DNA from: Flectonema sp. DT1601
Lineage: Eukaryota
Reading direction: 5' to 3'
Length of the DNA stretch: 64,000 bases
Assembly: GCA_964019425.1 (NCBI GenBank)
Contig: OZ025791.1
Coordinates: forward strand, 558,001 to 622,000
Shown here: in pieces, positions 36,883-48,365 of the stretch
Numbering within the stretch: position 1 is the first letter of the stretch
Layout: each line of letters begins with the position of its first letter
The notes under the pieces: model-generated
Told to the model about the DNA's origin: nothing
What the model saw: the letters and a program-made list of their open reading frames with translations, nothing else
The model's database searches: none
Made by a program: the position numbers and the translations under genes

Positions 36883-37156
36883 ATTGCAGACACTCTGAAG
36901 AAAGTAAAAAAACAGTAATTGACGAACAGACTTCCCTAACTGAGTTTATCAACACAGAGAAGGTGTACACACATCATAGTAATAGTAACCTGTGATGTCA
37001 ACATAATTAATAAATAGTACAAACAAGATTATTACTATGAGAATATCCTACCAATATGGTAATCTAACATAACAGATACTTTTATCTAAGAGGGGGATCT
37101 TGGAGGTGGAAAGATCCACATCTCCATCGACTATTAGTAGGAAGTTAATCATCAGG

Positions 37157-40100
37157 TCAGGCACACTGCAGTAGTTCTTGAAGTTTGCGGTGCTTTTCTT
37201 CCATGGCTGTGGCTTTTTCTCGTAACATGATAACCTGTTCTTGTAACGTTCGGTTTCTAACTTTGTCTGACTGACTTACTTCTTGTAAGCTAGCGAGTGC
37301 TATGGACTCCTGTTCGAGTTGTTCTTCAGCACGTTGTCGGTTGCGTTTCTCCTTTTCGAGAGCCTCTGCAACTGTCATGACCTTCTTTCTCATGTCAGAC
37401 TTTATTGATGAGATTTGAGAGTTTAGATTTTGATTTTCATCTTCAAATTTAGTCAGCCGCTCTCGTGACTTTCTCAACTTACCAGCTAGAGTATCCGTCT
37501 CAGAGTCGTATTGTTCTCGAAGACCTTCAAGTTCTCTTTTGTAAGAAGAACACTTCTTCTCTGATTGTGAAACTTTTTCTTTCGAAGACTTCTCAAGTGA
37601 TTTCATTGAGTCTTTTAAATTATGTTCAAGACGTGAATTTGTGTCTTCTGCTGCTTCCAGTTTTAAGTGCAATGCGTCGATGTCGTCTTTTGTAATGTCA
37701 ATCTCGTGTAGTAGATGCTCAATAAGTCTCTCTTTCTCACTTAAGAATCTTTTTTGTTGATCGTATTCGGACGCTAGCCGAGAGATTCTAACTGAGAGTT
37801 GTTCTGAACCTGAAATAGTACGAACAGAATTGATTAGTGATAATACCTCAGTTTCGATAATAGAGATGTCACTTACTGTTGATAAGTCGAGTGCTACAGC
37901 TATTTGATTAATTATTTTTTTATATCTTTCAGATTCCTTTTTAATTGTGTTGGCAGTTTCCAAGACAGAATTTCCAAAAGCGGTTTTCAATTGTGAGAAC
38001 TCCTCGACGATGTCAAGAGCTGTATTCAGATTGAATTGAACACCGATGTTTGAGTTGTTGGCCAACAGACAAATTCGCTTTGAAATGGTAAACAAAACTT
38101 CAACAGTTTTCACAACACTACCGTCATCACATTGCAAGATAGATGTTATCTCTGATAGTTTTATTGCTTTATCTTTTGTTTCTGTTTCTGAACTGAGGAG
38201 AGTGCGTAAGTTAGTCTGTAAGTCACACGAATTTGTAAACCTGTCTTGCATATCTCTCACAACACCATGAACTGCGATTATACAGTCAAACAGACTAGAG
38301 TCTCTGTTGCTCGACAACTGTTGTTGCCCGATGCACATCCGATACGTTGCCTTAGATATATTAAGCATTTCACTCAGGTCATTTGAATTGTCAAAACCAA
38401 GAATAGTAGTAAAAGATTTGTATTTCTGTTCAAAGGTGATTAGGTTTTCAATTTTAGAACACAACAACTGTACCGATTGTTCTGATAGGAGTGAACTAGC
38501 TGATGAATAGAACTTCTTGTATGATATCAATTCATTTATTGATGATAAAAGTACTTCTTCTGATACTTCAGTGAAAGGTTCTGAAATAATTAGTCTGCTC
38601 ATCTGATCTAATTTGTTTTCAATTTCCGTAACTCTTGCTCTCATTGTAGCCGTACGTTGTATGTGAGATATGTTGTCGTGTGTTGTTGACTTTAAGTTTA
38701 TTATACTTTCTACTATTTTTTCAAAGTGAGCTTCTGTTGAAATTCCGTCACCTTCCGGTGCTACTTTTAGTAGTTCGCTGATGGCACGAAGCTGTTTGTG
38801 GTGGACTGCTGCTGTATTTTTTTGTCGGTTGTAAGACTGTGAAATTTTTGTTAGGGCTCGTTCGTACTTTTCGTGAACGGATTGGAGGTCTTGCTGATGT
38901 TTTGTGTGAAGTTCTTCAGATAGTTTTTGAAGTCCTGTTCTCATTTCTGAATCCCACGATGAAGCGTCAGTAGAGTATCGCTTTCGTAAGTCGAGTCTCA
39001 TCTGTTCGTAGTCCATGTCACGTCTTCTGAGCTCATCAGTTATTGCGGATAGTTGCATTTGAGACTTGTGTTTATCATTCTTTAAAGATCCTATTTCTGA
39101 CTCCTGTCTCTCTGTTTTGGATCGAAGCTCTGCTTCTGTTTTCGCAATCGTTTGATTTTGTTTTCTCAATTCCTCAACAACAACTTCATAGTGAGCTGTT
39201 TGTTGTAACTTAGCCAATGACGTCTTTAAATCAGATACTTCTCTCTGAAGGTCGAGACACTTGGAAGTGATTTTTGTTGTTTTGATTTGCTCAGCCTGAA
39301 CCGCTTCAGAAATGCGTTTGTTAAAAGCAGCAACAACAGCAGTTGATGTTATCTGATTAGATATTGGGATGTTTAGCTGGTTTGATATGTCTTCTTGAAA
39401 TTGATCAGAGTATCGAACTGTTTGTCTTAACTTTGACACCGTCTCTGATACCTCATCAGCAGTACAGTTGGGATGGAAAATTTCACTCATAACTGAGCTC
39501 AATTCATTATGTCTATTTATGAACCCATCAAGTGTACTTAGTAACGATTCCATTGAACAATTACCAACCCCAACTACAGACTTAATGTGATCAATTGATG
39601 ATCGAGTTAGAGATTCTGACTCTACGAGTTCTTTCAATCTAACAGCAGCCTTACTAATAACTGATGGGAGGTCAGCTGATACATCAAATCGTATGAACGG
39701 TTCAAGTTGTTGTAATGCTGTTTGACAATTGTCAGAGAAATCAGACACTAATTGTGATATTGATTGCAAATCCCGTTTTTGCCTCGCAGACTCACTCTGA
39801 TGAGGAACTAAACTACCAATTGTTGAGAGCACCTTAGAAGCAAACGTCTGCAAGTGACCAACATGTGATTTCAGTGTCGTAAATTCACTGCAAATTTCAC
39901 TCAGTGAAGTAGGCAGATCGACATCTGACAGGTTGCGATCATTACACAGCTGCTGAATATTTCCTTTTAATCTACTGAGAATAGATGCTGTTGACGTATT
40001 CGCTACACGCGATTTCAAGAGCGATGATATTATAGGAAGAATTGTCTCGTCAGTGGCGCTTAATTTCTGTTTTACAATATCATACTGTGCTAGTGCTCTA

Positions 40101-40831
40101 TGAGAAAGTGATAACCTTCGAGAAGCTTCCTTGACTCTAGTTGTTATAATAGGATTGTTGTTGTTTTCGGAAGGAGTTTCTTCTGTGCTTTCTGCTGGTT
40201 CACTGCGGGAATCAGTTTGATGGATTTGATCATCAGCCCATTCGTATTGTAGAAGTTGAGGGTTCGGAACCCTTCTCTTAACCGATACTAATTCTGAATA
40301 GTCTAAACTGACAATGGAAGGACACAATCGTAAAACGAGTGCCTTATAAGCATCTATTAAACACACTGGACACTGTCGTTGTTTTTGAACCGTTTGAAAA
40401 GCAACACTATGCAAATTCGATAATCCTTGAATTGGGAATATATTTTCTATTTGATTACCTTCAGCTTCAAGTTCTTGTAAGTTAACCAATGATGATAGTC
40501 CTTCAATGTGTGTGATTGCGTTGTATGATATAACAAGTCGTTTAAGATTTGGAGACCATTCAGAAGCTGTTGATATGTCGGATATTCCGTTATTTGAAAT
40601 ATTTAAAGTTTGCAGTTTTTGCAAATCACCCAATCCAGAAATGTTATTTAACTTGTTGCTACTGATATCTAATTCTGTTAAGTTACTGAGAGCCGTAGTG
40701 TTTTCAATTGTTTGTATAAGGTTCATGTGGATGTTAAGAACTTTAATCTCATCGACGTTCTCTCCTATTTCAAACATAGACTCAATTCCCTTGTCATAAA
40801 GTGTTATTGTCATTCCCGTTTCGGTATTCAT
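37157..40831 (-). CDS. LRR plus long coiled-coil protein (LRRCC1-like architecture)
   Basis: SDS22-type LRRs (LNIHMNLI, LDISSNKL, LNISNNGI) with an LRR cap, followed by extensive heptad-rich sequence. Confidence 0.8.
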   Translation of the reverse strand: MNTETGMTITLYDKGIESMFEIGENVDEIKVLNIHMNLIQTIENTTALSNLTELDISSNKLNNISGLGDLQKLQTLNISNNGISDISTASEWSPNLKRLVISYNAITHIEGLSSLVNLQELEAEGNQIENIFPIQGLSNLHSVAFQTVQKQRQCPVCLIDAYKALVLRLCPSIVSLDYSELVSVKRRVPNPQLLQYEWADDQIHQTDSRSEPAESTEETPSENNNNPIITTRVKEASRRLSLSHRALAQYDIVKQKLSATDETILPIISSLLKSRVANTSTASILSRLKGNIQQLCNDRNLSDVDLPTSLSEICSEFTTLKSHVGHLQTFASKVLSTIGSLVPHQSESARQKRDLQSISQLVSDFSDNCQTALQQLEPFIRFDVSADLPSVISKAAVRLKELVESESLTRSSIDHIKSVVGVGNCSMESLLSTLDGFINRHNELSSVMSEIFHPNCTADEVSETVSKLRQTVRYSDQFQEDISNQLNIPISNQITSTAVVAAFNKRISEAVQAEQIKTTKITSKCLDLQREVSDLKTSLAKLQQTAHYEVVVEELRKQNQTIAKTEAELRSKTERQESEIGSLKNDKHKSQMQLSAITDELRRRDMDYEQMRLDLRKRYSTDASSWDSEMRTGLQKLSEELHTKHQQDLQSVHEKYERALTKISQSYNRQKNTAAVHHKQLRAISELLKVAPEGDGISTEAHFEKIVESIINLKSTTHDNISHIQRTATMRARVTEIENKLDQMSRLIISEPFTEVSEEVLLSSINELISYKKFYSSASSLLSEQSVQLLCSKIENLITFEQKYKSFTTILGFDNSNDLSEMLNISKATYRMCIGQQQLSSNRDSSLFDCIIAVHGVVRDMQDRFTNSCDLQTNLRTLLSSETETKDKAIKLSEITSILQCDDGSVVKTVEVLFTISKRICLLANNSNIGVQFNLNTALDIVEEFSQLKTAFGNSVLETANTIKKESERYKKIINQIAVALDLSTVSDISIIETEVLSLINSVRTISGSEQLSVRISRLASEYDQQKRFLSEKERLIEHLLHEIDITKDDIDALHLKLEAAEDTNSRLEHNLKDSMKSLEKSSKEKVSQSEKKCSSYKRELEGLREQYDSETDTLAGKLRKSRERLTKFEDENQNLNSQISSIKSDMRKKVMTVAEALEKEKRNRQRAEEQLEQESIALASLQEVSQSDKVRNRTLQEQVIMLREKATAMEEKHRKLQELLQCA

Positions 40832-41187
40832 TTTGTTAAGGATGTTTGTTGTTTTGTTTGTTTTACATCTTTTGTATTACTGTTTAGAGAGGAATAGTTT
40901 TATATTTTTGACTAAAAAGAATTAAAGGCAAAACACAAAACAATTGTTTTTGTAGAGGTTTAGAAGAGGCAAGGATGGATAGAGTGTAGTACGTAAGTTT
41001 ATTCTGAAGGATTTTTTTTTTTTTTTTTTTTTTCCCCTTTCCCACCACAAACAGTATTACTGTCTGATGGGAAGTAGTAGCAGAAGCCTCTCGACGATCG
41101 ATTATTATTTGTAAATACGACCTGCTTTACAGCAGCAAGTATCACAAAAGGATTACAATATTCTCAGAACAGCGCAGTAGGACAGGC

Positions 41188-42270
41188 TTACATGATGACG
41201 CATTTGAAAGCGCAAAGGTGTTTCTTTACTTCCGGCCTGCTTGTGTACACTGCTTCGTTTGACTGCAACATGTTAGAATCTGGAGGGAAGTCAAGAAATA
41301 ATCCAATCATACACCTTCTGTATGCCAAATCACTCGCTTCGGAGTAGGCGCAGTTTCCAATTTCATTTTTTATGGTTGGATCAGCTCCCACAGTAGACAG
41401 GTATTCTACAACTCGACGAGCACTATTTCGGGATGCGAAGAACAGAGGAGTATTACCAGCATTGTTTATACAGTTTACATCTGATTTACTTGCTAAGACC
41501 TTAACACATCCTAACTGACCCCTGCTTGCTGCAAAATGTAGAGGTTGCAATCCAACGTTATTGCAAGCTGAGGCATTCCCTCCTTCTGACAAGAGGTATT
41601 CCAGTACTCGTAGATTTCCTTCTTTGGAAGCAGAGTGGATGGCTGTTTCTCCGCTTTTAGACTTTGTGTTCATATCTACTGAATACTTCTCTACAAGTAA
41701 TTGTGACAGTTCTAGGCAATCACCTACCATTGCAGCTGTCAGGTTGAGAGCATTTCCTGATGAATGTACTACCGTCGGGTTTGCGCCAGCATCAAGTAAC
41801 ACTCGTAAAGTAGGCTCGTCTTTCACAGTTGGAATGAAATCCGTTGCTCTGTTCGCAGCAACAGCAGACTCAAGACGGTCAAAAAGAACTTTCAAACTTC
41901 GTATCGCCGACAATGAGATCGCAGATAAAAAATATGAGTTCGTCAGTTCTATTTCAGTTTCTAAGATGAGTTTCAATGCGTCGACTCTTTCTGATCTTAT
42001 AAATGAATTAACGTCATAAGGAGGAGTGATACCTCGTTCTTCTAGTTGTTGTGCAGCATAATACTTTTTGCTTATATAAACTGTTAGTTCATCCCCACCT
42101 GAGAGAGCAACTTCTTTCAGTTTATCGCCCGCAAAGTGGATCTCAAAACCCCCAACTTCGAGGCCAAGCTCCTCCGCAATCTTATTCTCAATGTCTACTA
42201 ACGCGTCACCAGCTTCAACAAATATAACTTCTTGCGTTGCATCCCCTGACAGTGAGACGAATATTTCCAT
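41188..42270 (-). CDS. Ankyrin-repeat protein with ubiquitin-like N-terminus and CAAX box
   Basis: ANK motifs GETAIHSA, QPLHFAA, GNTPLFFA; the protein ends CVIM*. Confidence 0.85.
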   Translation of the reverse strand: MEIFVSLSGDATQEVIFVEAGDALVDIENKIAEELGLEVGGFEIHFAGDKLKEVALSGGDELTVYISKKYYAAQQLEERGITPPYDVNSFIRSERVDALKLILETEIELTNSYFLSAISLSAIRSLKVLFDRLESAVAANRATDFIPTVKDEPTLRVLLDAGANPTVVHSSGNALNLTAAMVGDCLELSQLLVEKYSVDMNTKSKSGETAIHSASKEGNLRVLEYLLSEGGNASACNNVGLQPLHFAASRGQLGCVKVLASKSDVNCINNAGNTPLFFASRNSARRVVEYLSTVGADPTIKNEIGNCAYSEASDLAYRRCMIGLFLDFPPDSNMLQSNEAVYTSRPEVKKHLCAFKCVIM

Positions 42271-42998
42271 CCTATTTATTTATTTTGCGACGATGCTTTT
42301 TTATGTAATAATAAATAAGAATCGGGCTATGCGTCCCCCTACTTGGGTTATAATATTTTGCCTGTTTTAAGAAATAAAACTTTTTGTTGATTTTGGTTTT
42401 GGTTTTCAATTTGGAATTTGCAAGTCGCATATAATTTAGGTATCCTTAAAAATTTATTTTAAAAAAAAATGCGAAAAACAAAAAAACAAAAAAATAAATA
42501 AATTTGAGATTGAGCAAGAGATAATAATTTCAAAAAAAAAAAAAAAAACACTCCGCACAATGCGTTTTAGCTGACTTTTCTAAAGGTATGTATTTTTACT
42601 TATTTCATTTAATTAATAAATATCAAAAGGATAAGAGACCAGTACTTGAAACATATTTATTAATATTTATTGGCGACGTAACTATCACTAAGCATTCGGT
42701 GACGTTAATCGCTTTTTTTTTTTTTTTTTTTTTTCCTTTCTTTTTCTTTCCTATAACATTACAGAAGAGATACTAACACAGAACAGATAAAACGGAGCTT
42801 ATTTTTGTTACTTTTTTTTCCCCCTCACCAGCAACAGAACGCGAGTGTCTATGCTCAATGTGCATTCTTTTACTTGGTTTTTCTTTAAGTTTCTCTCTAT
42901 TTGTCTTTTTTTTTTTTTTTTTTTTTTTTTTGTTGGACAAGATTCATGCCTTTTTTTTTCAATTCGAGTTGTGTTCGTAGAGATGGATGTTTGCTATT

Positions 42999-44785
42999 TT
43001 AATAGTCATACATGCGGTAATCGTCGTATGCTGGGTAGCCGACATCAATAGAAGGATCACTGATATTCCAAAGTTTGACTGTTTTATCACGTGAACCAGT
43101 CACCAGTTTTGTATCATCAAATTGTAAAGAAGTGATCCAGTGGTTATGCGCTGAGAGAGTTTGCACTTTTTTCCAAGTTCTAAGATCCCATATTTTAATT
43201 ACATTGTCAGCACCTCCCGATATTAATTTTGTATCATCATAACTGAAGCAGATTATTCCTTTGTTTGTTTCATCTGAACTATCACCAGCTTGAACTGATT
43301 TTATTAATGAATATCGGTCTCTACGATCCCATAGGCAGATTGTGTTGTCCAGAGATCCTGAGAGAATCTTTGCGTGGTCGAATTGGAGACAAAATACTCC
43401 CTTTGAGTGTCCTCTAAGTTTGCAAATGCAAACCGGTGACTGACCAATATCCCAAACTCGAATACTATTACCAGCACTACCACTAACAACAATCGATCCG
43501 TCCATCTTTACACAACTTACTGATGTTCGGTGTTCTTTTAGAGAACATAAATGCTCTCCACTTTCAACGTCCCATAGTCTGACTGTTTTGTCGCTTGAGC
43601 CACTTACTAGTTTGTCTCCTGTGAATTGAACACACCAAACTTTATCACCGTGACCTGATAATGTTTTGCTACATATATTTGAACCTCTTTCCCATATCCG
43701 AATCGTACTGTCGAGTGATCCAGACACAACCTGTGTTGGGATTTGTGTGAGTAAAAACATAATTATAAAAAAGTAACTTTCATAATTTAAAAAAAGAAAA
43801 TACCTTTTCGTCATCGAATTGCAGGCATGTCACAGCGGATGTGTGACCAGACAAAGTTGATTTTAGTTTGAAAGTTTCTAAGTCCCAAATTCCGATTTCG
43901 TGATTGGTGCCGGACCCCGTCATTAGTTCGGTACTATCAAATTGAATACAATGGATTCCGTTATTCTGACTTAGAATCTGCTGATCAGTGATTGTTTTCC
44001 TGTTGCTAATTATTAGTGTTTTAATGCAAGCTTTTATATTTAAAAAAATATAAAAAAAAATAATAAAAATAATCATACTTCTTATGCCCATTTGTTAACC
44101 AATCTCTTTCCGAATTTTGTTTCTGAAAGAATGTTCTCCTCCACCAGAGGCGACCATGTTTTATAAGAGTACCGTCGATTGATTGTTTTGATTGACGTTT
44201 CAACATCTTCTCTCTTGCGTCAGTGTATCTAGGCCATACATCAACGCAGAGATTTCTCCAAATGAGCATCGAACAAGATTGCCATCTCCAATGTATACAA
44301 ACTTTTTCCGCTGCAAGAATTGAATCGGGTGATAAATACGAAAATATATTTTCGAGAATTTCTTTTGGAACTTGTCCAAGTCTATGAACTGGAACACAAA
44401 CAGCTTTATCAGGAAGGACAGACTTCAGTTGGTCTAATAAGGCGTCTGTTGATATCGCTCCATTTTCATCTAATTGAAGATGAAGATGAGGATTAGGACA
44501 ACCACCATGTAGTATTCCCTGAAGCATTGATTCTAATGCAGTCACTGCTGTTATTCTATATGTCGGTTCATTTCCAATTCGTAAAAACTCCCGAAAGCTC
44601 CTTGTTTCTGATAAAACATCAGTTCTAGTTGGAGGCTGCGTTTCACAAGTTCCTTCTCTCAACCAACTACCATCATTATTGCACACAACCGGCGGCGATA
44701 GACCTGCCGGACTTCCCTTACTCCTCGGGGTATCAGAACCTTCAGAATCGAATTCTTGACTCCATTCTGCTGCAGGGCAGGTCAT
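42999..44785 (-). CDS. F-box/WD40 protein (3 exons: 44785-44079, 43999-43804, 43730-42999)
   Basis: F-box (VPKEILENIFSYL..VCIHWR) and about 7 WD40 repeats, joined in frame by GT-AG introns 44078-44000 and 43803-43731. Confidence 0.9.
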
Positions 44786-45298
44786 CCTTCTTTTGCCTCG
44801 TCAGCTATTTGGTTTCTTCGTTAGCTTGTTATTAAAATGCCTCTTAATGAGAGATATCTGGGGGACTAACCCCCCACCTCCAAAGAGGTAAGACTGTTGA
44901 GGGGAAATTAAATAATAAAATTATACACCTGCCTAACCTCTAAAGCGGTTTACCCTTCCAGCTAAGTGACGGCATTTACTGTGAAACTGTTACAATTTGA
45001 GTGAGAGACACTTTATGTTACAAACTTATTTAATGAGAAGTTACCGAACGAAGAAAACCCCTTCGGGGTAGTGACACTCTAATCATAAAGAAAGCACACT
45101 ACGTAAGACATAACGTATAGATTTGTTCGGATTTGATGTGTCGTTGAGTTACAGCAGATGCTGCTGGAACTGACAGTGACCTTACTGTTACAGTAAAGAG
45201 AACCCAAATTGGTTCCTCACTAACGTTTTCAAGAGAGTCACAGTTGTCACAATACTTGAGATTAAAGAGCTTGTCACACAATATTATAATAAAGGTGA

Positions 45299-46419
45299 CT
45301 ATGCTGCTTCTGCTTCTGTTTGTTTTTAATTCACTTTTGGGTCTGTTGCTGGAAGACTTTCTTACTAAATTTTAAAAAAGAAAATCCATACCAACATCAT
45401 CATCATTAATGTCATCTCCTGCCAATGCCTTAATAGCATCATCACCAATTGGATCGTTTGACTCTCCAATATCGTTGGTGGCTAGAGGTGCTCCAAAACC
45501 TGTTAGTAGTTTAGTAATTGTTATTTATAATTAAAGAGGAAAACGATGGAACGAATAACATACTTGTCCACTCTGTGTAGTTAGTGCCGTGGCGGATATC
45601 AACATTCTTCGGATGTCTCCAGTAGTGTTTTATAATACGAGTATCTGGATCTTTATCCCAAGGCATTATCCACCAACCTCCTTCTGACTCGTGAGTTTTC
45701 CAGAATTTCGCAAACGGAGAAAACTCTTTAACCTCAGCAATAGCCTCCTTGTGAGGGTTTCCGTCACTTCGGATCTTTTCGAGTGGTTGCTCAACGTGTT
45801 CGCTGTAAGTCCAGTCCCGGAGAGTGTCAAGTTTTCCTTTAAGGAAGTTCCTATCACATTCCTTAACGGTGGAAAATCCAAGCCAACGTGCCTGATTTAA
45901 AGCGTACAATGCCACGTCAGGACACCCCACGCGAAGGCAAGCGTCCATGTAAGATGTAAAAACATCGTGTTCAAGATGTACGTTGAAGAACTGTCGATAG
46001 GCGCGAAACATTTTTGTTGCATATCCGAGATCCTTAGCGGTAGAGACTTGGGTTATTGCCGTGTCTAAGAGTGAGATTGGTGGGATTGAAACACCTCTAC
46101 GAGACCAATGAGACCATAAGTAATTAGCTGTAAATCCGAGATATATTTGTTCAGTTAGTGTCTCGGGTTCGAGTTCAAATATTTTTTTCTCAGCAAATTT
46201 TTGTCTCATCCACATTGGGTGTTCTACCTGTCCGTATGGACGTCGATAACTAAAGTCAACTACACCTCTCCATGATTGGAATAATTCCTCGTTTTTCCTC
46301 GTAGTTGCATCATCTCTCTCATAAACCCTCCACATTATAGGTCTGTTGGGAGTCGTTACGTAGTCTTTCAGCCATGCTTCTCGCCGTAAGCCGAGTTTCC
46401 CTCGCTTTAATGAGGACAT
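45299..46419 (-). CDS. PPR-like helical-repeat protein, probably mitochondrial (3 exons: 46419-45564, 45499-45392, 45315-45299)
   Basis: PPR-like segment DVFTSYMDACLRVGCPDVA. Two GTATG..CAG introns give an in-frame acidic C-terminus. Confidence 0.55.
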
Positions 46420-46978
46420 ATTGTGACTGAATTAGATAATATTTAACGAAAATAATTACTTCCTCTTTCGTGCTTACATAAGATTCTTGTTTTCTATAAA
46501 TTTAAAGCTCAACGTTGTTACTCATAACATTTATAGACAAGTTACAATAAACATTCGCACGATGACCAGGAGTGGTATCTCCCGATCCTTTTTTTTTTTT
46601 TTTTTTAACTATAGTTTCTTTTTCACTTTTTCACTTTTTTTTTTTTTTTTTGTTCCTTTTTCCCCTTTCGGTTCTTTCTTCTTCCAGTCACACTACGAAT
46701 CGAGTTAGCTGCCAAACAATTACGTGTGCTGTGCAGAATTCCAGTCGTATATCGTGCTGGGAGACTAAAATAGAAAAAATAGCACTTGCTACAGCAAGAA
46801 TTACAGACGCGTTGGGGTGTTTGGGGCGGAAAACTGCGTGACACAAGCAACTACTATTAGTTTTTTTTTTTTTAAATTTTTTCACCGTTGCTCAAGATAA
46901 TAATATAAAAAAGAATAATGCACCGGCTTGCCCGCACACAATTTATAATTTACAGGATGTTTAGCTAGAGAATAGCAT

Positions 46979-47644
46979 TTAATGCTTCTGAACGTGGAAG
47001 AAGTCTTTACAGCAATCAGTAACAAACTGACTAGCAAGTTCCTGAAGAAGTGGATGCTTAACAACAGCAGCGTGGAACTCGTCATATGAAAGGGATCCGG
47101 TTTTTGAGACATCAGCTTCTTCAACTACTTGTTTAACCCACAATTTAAGTTTAGCACCATCCTTAACCCATTCAACGTCAACTGACCCGGGAGTGAAATG
47201 ATCAAGATTGAGAACTCCAGACATTGAAGAAATCGCCTCAAGCATTTCATCTTCTGTAATTCTATCATCACCTGCCAAGTTGTACATTTCAAAGATGCAC
47301 TCCAGGGAGTCTCCTAAATTACCGGTTGCAAAGACTGAGATTCCTGAGCAGAACTCTCTAAAGTTTATCTTACCCTGGTTGTCACGATCCAAGGAGTCGA
47401 AAAACGATTCCAAAAAACGCCAATCAGCAGCATGAAACTTTCCAGCCTCTGAATCGTCGTTGGTGTAAACCCCGCTTTCCTTCAACGCAGCGTAAAACTG
47501 TTCCTTGCTGATCGTCCATTTAGCTTCTGAAATGTCTCTGAATCGATGATGAAGTCTCTTAATCTGAGTCTTTGTCAGGTGGGTATCATTTTTTAAGTGA
47601 CCCAACGTCTTCATGTCAATCCTCTTTGGCATTGTGTTTCCCAT
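46979..47644 (-). CDS. Myristoylated EF-hand calcium sensor (calcineurin B/NCS-like)
   Basis: MG start after the U-rich acceptor at ~47668. EF loops DRDNQGKINFRE, NLAGDDRITEDE, DVSKTGSLSYDE. Confidence 0.88.
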   Translation of the reverse strand: MGNTMPKRIDMKTLGHLKNDTHLTKTQIKRLHHRFRDISEAKWTISKEQFYAALKESGVYTNDDSEAGKFHAADWRFLESFFDSLDRDNQGKINFREFCSGISVFATGNLGDSLECIFEMYNLAGDDRITEDEMLEAISSMSGVLNLDHFTPGSVDVEWVKDGAKLKLWVKQVVEEADVSKTGSLSYDEFHAAVVKHPLLQELASQFVTDCCKDFFHVQKH

Positions 47645-48365
47645 TTTAAACTTGTCTAGGCTAAGAACTGAAAAGGAAATAAACAGTTGAAAAAGAGACA
47701 CAAGTCTGTGGCAACTCACAGTGCCGCTTACATATTTGGTTGTCATTTATTTATTAAACTTTTATTAGAATAATGAAGTAACACAGTAACATTTAATACA
47801 TCAATGAGCCCGTTGTAATAAATCAACGAGTTGGTACTAGTGTGCGGCCGCAAAAAAAAAAGTCAAATTAGTAAAGTCAATTTGGAGAAGACAGGCAAAC
47901 CGTCCCTAACTACGATGAGAAGTATATGGGAGGAGCTCAGCCAGTTTTTTTTTTTTTTTTTTTTAAATCCACAAAAAAAAACAATAAGGGAAATTTGCTT
48001 CATGTGCAAATGGTTATTTGAATCAAGAAAATAAAAGAAATAAAATAATAATAATAAAAATAGCGAAATATTCGTTTTTTCCTTTTTTATCTTTTTTTTA
48101 AAAAAAAGAGAGAGGTTTTTTTTTTTTTTATCTGTGAGTACTTTTTAAGAAAAGAACGCAAAGTAATAACCTTTTAGGTTTTTTTTTCCCTCTGTTTGTT
48201 TTTTGTTTTTGTTTTCTATTTTTTTTTTTTTTTCCTTCTTCTTTTTGCAAGGAAACAGTAGTTGTTATTTTCTTTTCTTTTTTTCCTCTCATAAGAAATA
48301 TAAAACACTCAGCATAATTTGAAATGGGTCTATGCCTGACCGTATACATTGTGGAAGGTAAATGG

